Shown: piece by piece, positions 25,075 through 30,106 of the stretch
How the letters are laid out: every line of letters begins with the position of its first letter
Numbering within the stretch: the stretch's first letter is position 1
DNA from: a virus
Taxonomy: Duplodnaviria; Caudoviricetes
Reading direction: 5' to 3' (one strand)
DNA: 30,106 nucleotides
Virus record (IMG/VR): IMGVR_UViG_3300020045_000871
Location: 1 to 30,106 of that record
Translations under genes and position numbers: made by a program
Notes under the pieces: model-generated
Databases searched by the model: none
What the model was told of the DNA's origin: nothing
Seen by the model: the letters and a program-made list of their open reading frames with translations, nothing else

Positions 25075-25448
25075 AACGCGATGAAGTAATTGATGCGGCA
25101 AACAGCATTGCATTTTTTGCAAGCATTTGGATCGACGACAACAGCAATGAAGTCAATGATTTGGTTAATCTTGCTCAGGTGCTAATTTCCAGAGAGCGTG
25201 CCAGAGTTGAGATGCTAGAGGTGGAAGCCTCCGTGCTTGAAGAAAAGTTGTCTGAGGCGCGTGAGCTGTTTGGCTATCACAACAAGGTTGGATACAAACA
25301 AGGCTACAGGTCTGGAAGATTAAGTGAGCAGCAAAAGATCAATCACTTGATGTTTTTATTCCAAGAATGGAAAGAAGACCACTTATCTCAAAGTCAATAC
25401 ATCGAATGCGTTGAAGAGTTTAAATTTAAAAACACAGGTGAAGCATGA
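25071..25448 (+). CDS. Hypothetical protein
   Basis: 125 aa; ATGA overlaps at both ends. Confidence 0.75.
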   Translation: MKRDEVIDAANSIAFFASIWIDDNSNEVNDLVNLAQVLISRERARVEMLEVEASVLEEKLSEARELFGYHNKVGYKQGYRSGRLSEQQKINHLMFLFQEWKEDHLSQSQYIECVEEFKFKNTGEA

Positions 25449-25690
25449 GCGCCGAAATTAACCCAAACATGGCAATATCAATCGCTCGTCAGTTTGGCAT
25501 TACTGTTTTTCACAACGAGGCTGAACATCTAGTGTCGCTTTTTAAGATGTGGCATCGGACTGGGTTTGAGAACGGGCAGGCGATTGAGCGAGAGGCGTGT
25601 GCAATGGTGGCTGATGAGTTTAAAAAGCAAACGCTTATGGAGTGGCCAGATCAAATCGCTGAAGCAATCCGCGCAAGGGGCAACGCATGA
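25445..25690 (+). CDS. Hypothetical EREACA...AIRARG-type protein
   Basis: Paralogous to 24847-25074; ATGA-coupled to the helicase. Confidence 0.8.
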   Translation: MSAEINPNMAISIARQFGITVFHNEAEHLVSLFKMWHRTGFENGQAIEREACAMVADEFKKQTLMEWPDQIAEAIRARGNA

Positions 25691-27081
25691 CCATCACCCT
25701 GCGCCCGTATCAAAACACGCTCATTGAGCGCACGCGGGCTAATTTCATCGCAGGCAAAACAAGCCAGATTCTCGTGCTGCCAACGGGTGGTGGCAAAACA
25801 ATGTGCTTTTCATACATGGCCAGCAAAGCCGTCGAGAAGGGCCTGCGCGTTTGGATTCTTGCCCACCGCGTCGAGCTGCTTGAGCAAATCTCGCGCACAC
25901 TGAGCGTTTTTAATGTGGCCCACGGCATGGTCGCGCCTGGTTATATGTCCGATCGACACAAGCCTGTTCAGGTGGCATCGGTGTTCACCATGGTGCGACG
26001 CATGGAGCGCTACGAGGAGCCAGATTTAATCATCGTCGATGAGGCCCACCACGCTATCAGCGACAGCACGTGGGGTAAGGTAATCAAGGAATACCCCAAG
26101 GCAAAACTTTTGGGGGTTACGGCCACGCCAATCCGCTTGTCGGGCGAAGGCCTTGGTGATTTATTCCAATGCATGGTGCAAGGGCCGACGATGCGCGAGC
26201 TTATTGACCTTCAAGCCTTGAGCCCGTACCGCTTATTCGCACCCGCTGGCGTTGACCTCTCCGGTGTGCACACCCGAATGGGCGACTATGTGCGCGGCGA
26301 GCTGGAGGCTGCGGTCGACAAGCCGTCTGTGACCGGCGATGCGGTGGCGCATTACAAGCGTTTGGCAAACGGTAAACGGGCGGTGGCCTTCTGCGTATCA
26401 GTTGCGCACGCCAACCATGTGGCCGAGCAATTTCGATCTGAGAATATCTCGGCACAAGCAATTGACGGTTCAATGGAGCGCGGCCTTCGCCAGTCGCTTC
26501 TAAAAGAGTTTGCAGACGGAAAAATCAAGGTCATCACATCATGCGATTTGATATCCGAGGGGTTCGATGTGCCATCCATCGAGGCCGCGATTATGCTGCG
26601 GCCTACGCAATCCTTGGGGCTGTATTTGCAGCAGGTCGGGCGTGCGTTGCGCATCTTTGAAGGCAAGAGCGAGGCCATCATCCTTGACCACGCTGGCAAC
26701 GTGAGGCGCCACGGCCTGCCAGACGAGGAGCGCATCTGGTCGTTAGACGGCTCGGCCAAGAAAAAAACCCAAAAGAAATCAGAGGTGCCGGTCAAGACTT
26801 GTGGCTCATGCTTCGCCACCGTTGCGGCAGCGGCTACGCATTGCGCCTGTGGGTATGAATTTCCAGCGGTCAAGCGTGAAATCAACCACGTTGATGGTGA
26901 GCTCCAAGAAATTGATTTGGTCAAAGCGCAGCGCGAGAAGCGGGTGGAGCAGGGGCGCGCGCAAACAGAAGAAGACTTGGTGGCCATCGGCAGAGCACGA
27001 GGCATGAAGCGGCCTGAACTTTGGGCGCGCCACGTACTTCGTGCACGCCACGCCAAGCAGAATCAAAGGCTCATGGCATGA
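25687..27081 (+). CDS. Superfamily 2 DEAH helicase (RadD/YejH-like) with C-terminal zinc ribbon
   Basis: LRPYQ, PTGGGKT, DEAHH, TATP, EGFDVP, QQVGRALR and CGSC...CAC. Confidence 0.95.
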   Translation: MTITLRPYQNTLIERTRANFIAGKTSQILVLPTGGGKTMCFSYMASKAVEKGLRVWILAHRVELLEQISRTLSVFNVAHGMVAPGYMSDRHKPVQVASVFTMVRRMERYEEPDLIIVDEAHHAISDSTWGKVIKEYPKAKLLGVTATPIRLSGEGLGDLFQCMVQGPTMRELIDLQALSPYRLFAPAGVDLSGVHTRMGDYVRGELEAAVDKPSVTGDAVAHYKRLANGKRAVAFCVSVAHANHVAEQFRSENISAQAIDGSMERGLRQSLLKEFADGKIKVITSCDLISEGFDVPSIEAAIMLRPTQSLGLYLQQVGRALRIFEGKSEAIILDHAGNVRRHGLPDEERIWSLDGSAKKKTQKKSEVPVKTCGSCFATVAAAATHCACGYEFPAVKREINHVDGELQEIDLVKAQREKRVEQGRAQTEEDLVAIGRARGMKRPELWARHVLRARHAKQNQRLMA

Positions 27082-27314
27082 GCTGTCTAGGCTGCAACCG
27101 CTGCGAAACAGGCCCCATGGTGACGCTATCGGATGGTCGCCAGGTCTGCAACTTCTGCGAGGACTACCGCGCCGAGTGCGAGGCACGCCACATCATCGCG
27201 ATGGGGAGCAAGTACGAGCGCAAACAATACATTGACGGCATAACGGCGAAACGTGGCGAGGCCGCTGGGCGTGAGCTTGGTGAGCTTGTAAAAATACTTT
27301 GGACGAGACGATGA
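27078..27314 (+). CDS. Hypothetical Cys-rich protein
   Basis: MSCLGCNRC...CNFC..YRAECEAR; ATGA overlaps at both ends. Confidence 0.7.
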   Translation: MSCLGCNRCETGPMVTLSDGRQVCNFCEDYRAECEARHIIAMGSKYERKQYIDGITAKRGEAAGRELGELVKILWTRR

Positions 27315-27643
27315 CCGACACCGCAAACAAAAAACTCTCCGAATCAGACCTGATGCGCTCCATCATGCTGGCGCTATCCGAAGACGGGCACATGGTATTT
27401 CGTGGGAACGTTGGTTTATTTTTTACCAAGGACGGCAGGCCTGTGAAGTCTGGCCTTCCCGTTGGGTTCTCCGATTTGTTTGGGTATACCAAGCACGCGC
27501 GGCCTTTTTTCTTGGAAATAAAAACCGAGACTGGCCGTGTCAGCAAAGAGCAAGATGCATTTTTGTCAGCGATGCGTCAGCGTGGCGCAATTGCTGGTGT
27601 GGCTCGGTCGGTTGAGCAGGCTGTAAAGATGCTTGAAGATTGA
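27311..27643 (+). CDS. VRR-NUC family nuclease
   Basis: SESDL, GFSDL, FLEIKT..GRVSKEQ..F and ARSVE PD-(D/E)xK pattern. Confidence 0.92.
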   Translation: MTDTANKKLSESDLMRSIMLALSEDGHMVFRGNVGLFFTKDGRPVKSGLPVGFSDLFGYTKHARPFFLEIKTETGRVSKEQDAFLSAMRQRGAIAGVARSVEQAVKMLED

Positions 27644-27660
27644 TATCGTAAACTGTTAAC

Positions 27661-27745
27661 GGGGCTTGGTCTGACTAGCTATCAGGCGACAAAGCATGAC
27701 CCTGGCGAGTGCTGCCCCACCTTTTCGCCGGATTTGAAAGCCAGG
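27661..27745 (+). ncRNA. Candidate structured cis-regulatory RNA (three-stem junction) in the primase leader
   Basis: GGGGC/GCCCC closing stem, GTCTGA/TCAGGC and AGCAT/GTGCT hairpins; loop CCTGGC complementary to GCCAGG before the ATG; folded by eye. Confidence 0.55.
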
Positions 27746-27746
27746 T

Positions 27747-30026
27747 ATGAACGCACAACAAGAATTTTTAGACGCCATTGCAGCAAGCGGTTTGACGCCG
27801 CCAGACGAAATCATTGGGGATGGAAAAATCCAAAGATTTAGTTCAAACGGGAATCCGCGCGACAAAGCTGGATGGTATGTATTTCACGATGACGAACGCC
27901 CTGCTGGCCGTTTTGGTTGTAACCGAGCGCAGATTGATGCCACTTGGTCATCGAAAAATAAGCGGGAATTTACCCCAGAAGAAAAGATTGCATGGCGGAA
28001 AAAGATGGATGACGCCAAGGCCCAGCGCGAGGCTGATGTTGCCCGTGATCGGGCTGAATGCGCCGAACGCGCCGCCAAGATGTGGGAGCAGGCTCAAGAG
28101 ATGAGCCACCCCTACGGCGTTCGCAAGCAAGTAGGCACAGAAGGCACGCGGGTGCTCAACGGCGAGCTTCTTATCCCGCTGCGACACGGCCCTGGGCCCA
28201 TCGTCGGGCTGCAGCGCATCATGGTGGACGGCGAAAAGAAATTTCTCAAAGGCACGCCAATCTCCGGCGCATACACCGTCCTTGGCAAGCCTACAAAAAC
28301 CGGCCCAGTCGTGATTTGCGAGGGATGGGCTACGGGCATGTCAATCCGCATGGCCACCGGCTACTGTATCGTGGTGTCCTTCAACGCTGGCAACCTGACT
28401 AACGTGGCCAAGAAGATACGCGCGGCGCTTCCAGAGGCTGAAATCATCATTGCAGCCGACGACGACGCATTCACGGACGGCAACCCTGGCGTCAAAGCCG
28501 CATCGGAGGCGGCGCGTGAGATTCGGGCATCATTTGCCATGCCAGTGTGGGCCGGCGAGCGCGACAAAGACACAGATTTCAATGACCTGCACGCTGCAGA
28601 GGGTCTAGATGCCGTCAAAACCTGCATCGCGGACGCAAAAATACTCAGCAGCGCGACAGCTTCCGTGGATAATAAAAAGCAGGTCAATGCGGCGAGTGAC
28701 CGGCCTTCAACTGGCGCAGCAGCGGTCGAATCAGCAAAAAACCCCGCAAGCAGCGGTGCCGTGCTCTCTCAAGCGGTAGCCGCTGCACCCGCTTTTCCCG
28801 CTCCTGCAAGCCAGATGGTGGACTACTACGGGTGGCTGCCAAATACCAACGACAAAGGCAAGCCGCTGGCCACCATCGAGAACCTAAACGAAGTTCTAAC
28901 CCGTCTCGACGTCATCGTGCGCTACAACGTCATCAGCAAGGAAGAGGAAATTCTCATCCCGCGCGTTGGCTTCAGCATGGACAACAGACAAAACGCCAGC
29001 CTATCTTGGCTTCTATCCGAGTGCGCAAAGTTCAAGATGCCCGTCGATCGCGTGCCTGACTTCGTGACCTACCTCGCCGATCAGAACCAATACAACCCAG
29101 TCGCCCAATGGATTACAAGCAGGCCTTGGGACGGGCAAGACCATTTGAGCCAGCTCATTGCAACGGTCAAAGCTAAAAACGAGGACAAAGATCCGCGCGT
29201 CATGGCCATGAAGACAGCATTCATGACCCGCTGGATGATCTCCGCAGCCGCCGCCGCATTCCGGCCAAATGGGGTATCAGCGCACGGCGTTTTGGTATTC
29301 CAAGGGGCACAGTACATCGGCAAGACAAAGTGGTTTAAAACCCTCGTCCCTGACACCCTTGGCGTGCTAAAAGACGGCATGCTCCTGCGCCCAGACGACC
29401 GCGATTCGGTCATGAAGTGCGTCTCAAACTGGTTGGTCGAGCTTGGCGAAATAGACGCCACATTCCGCAAATCAGACGTGGCCGCGCTTAAATCTTTTCT
29501 AACCAGCGACCGCGATGTATTACGCAGAGCTTACGCTCGCAAGGAGTCGGCATACGCTCGCAGGACGATATTTTTTGCCAGCGTGAACCCCAAGAATTAC
29601 CTGCACGATGAGACTGGCAACCGCCGATATTGGACGATTGAGTGCGAATCCCTAGACCACGACCACACCGTTGATATGCAGCAGTGCTGGGCGCAGGTCT
29701 ACGAGCAACTGTACCTGCCAGGCGAGTCATGGTTCTTAACTCCAGAGGAATTGGACGCCCTTAATACCCATAATGAGGAGTTCACAGTTATTGACCCGAT
29801 TGAGGACTTAATTACTAATTCGCTTGACTGGTCGACGGTAATGTCTGAGTGGCGATGGATGACACCTACCGAGGCACTTATGGCGGTTGGTAAGCAAAAC
29901 CCAACAAAAGCCGACGTGACAAAGGCTGGCATCATCATTCGCAAAATGAACGGTGGAATGCATAAACGTAAGGGAACTGCCCGTTTATTAAGCATTCCAC
30001 CCGTAAAGGCGTCACGTGTCATTTAA
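27747..30026 (+). CDS. Toprim primase fused to VapE/VirE-like P-loop helicase
   Basis: ICEGWATG, IIAADDD and TDFNDL Toprim motifs; GAQYIGKT Walker A, VELGE and LHDETGNRRYW. Confidence 0.92.
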   Translation: MNAQQEFLDAIAASGLTPPDEIIGDGKIQRFSSNGNPRDKAGWYVFHDDERPAGRFGCNRAQIDATWSSKNKREFTPEEKIAWRKKMDDAKAQREADVARDRAECAERAAKMWEQAQEMSHPYGVRKQVGTEGTRVLNGELLIPLRHGPGPIVGLQRIMVDGEKKFLKGTPISGAYTVLGKPTKTGPVVICEGWATGMSIRMATGYCIVVSFNAGNLTNVAKKIRAALPEAEIIIAADDDAFTDGNPGVKAASEAAREIRASFAMPVWAGERDKDTDFNDLHAAEGLDAVKTCIADAKILSSATASVDNKKQVNAASDRPSTGAAAVESAKNPASSGAVLSQAVAAAPAFPAPASQMVDYYGWLPNTNDKGKPLATIENLNEVLTRLDVIVRYNVISKEEEILIPRVGFSMDNRQNASLSWLLSECAKFKMPVDRVPDFVTYLADQNQYNPVAQWITSRPWDGQDHLSQLIATVKAKNEDKDPRVMAMKTAFMTRWMISAAAAAFRPNGVSAHGVLVFQGAQYIGKTKWFKTLVPDTLGVLKDGMLLRPDDRDSVMKCVSNWLVELGEIDATFRKSDVAALKSFLTSDRDVLRRAYARKESAYARRTIFFASVNPKNYLHDETGNRRYWTIECESLDHDHTVDMQQCWAQVYEQLYLPGESWFLTPEELDALNTHNEEFTVIDPIEDLITNSLDWSTVMSEWRWMTPTEALMAVGKQNPTKADVTKAGIIIRKMNGGMHKRKGTARLLSIPPVKASRVI

Positions 30027-30098
30027 AGCGTCACAAAATAAGTCTTTGATTTATATACCCTTTTATTACCTATGACACCTATGACACTATATATATAT
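30009..30098. repeat. Origin-like cluster: oppositely oriented TGAC(A/G)C repeats around an IHF consensus and AT-rich DNA
   Basis: GCGTCAC 30009 and 30028, GTGTCAT 30016, tandem CCTATGACA 30069 and 30078, TATATA run; minus-strand AATCAAAGACTTA at 30051-30039. Confidence 0.6.
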
Positions 30099-30106
30099 GA
30101 AATGGA

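Noticed and set aside
26352-27056. 234-aa antisense ORF and similar shadow ORFs opposite portal, capsid, tape measure and primase
   Set aside because: Expected by-products of codon bias opposite real genes; no motifs recognised
27661-27718. tRNA gene
   Set aside because: Has a 7-nt loop hairpin but is too short, with no D arm, no TTCRA T-loop and no 7-bp acceptor stem
1-30106. Stop-codon reassignment, introns or inteins
   Set aside because: Core genes are intact and of ordinary length under the standard code, with no unexplained large insertions

Overview
This window is most of the genome of a tailed dsDNA phage of siphovirus type, starting inside the terminase large subunit gene. The + strand from 1 to 17089 is one morphogenesis-lysis arm. 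It carries a lambda gpA-type terminase, gpW-like protein, lambda-type portal, fused HK97-type prohead protease/major capsid protein, head-tail connectors, tail tube, a -1 frameshifted tail chaperone, a short tape measure, tail tip proteins, a tail fibre with S74 chaperone, several small membrane proteins, Rz with embedded Rz1, and an M15 peptidase endolysin. The - strand from 24190 to 17086 is an early/accessory arm with YqaJ exonuclease, RecT, an excisionase-like HTH and many small ORFs. From a divergent control region (24191-24348) the + strand carries a Cro-like HTH, SF2 helicase, VRR-NUC nuclease and a Toprim primase-VapE helicase fusion, then an origin-like repeat cluster. No integrase, CI-type repressor, tRNA, CRISPR array or reverse transcriptase is visible. 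A Gram-negative host follows from the spanins; a freshwater betaproteobacterial host is only my impression from the small-gene families. The least-explained signals are a three-way-junction RNA that can pair over the primase ribosome-binding site, repeat-bounded modular accessory genes next to RecT, a nested capsid start, two TWPFP mini-proteins, and an unexplained membrane-protein cassette before the lysis genes. All family assignments come from motif recognition by eye, not from searches.
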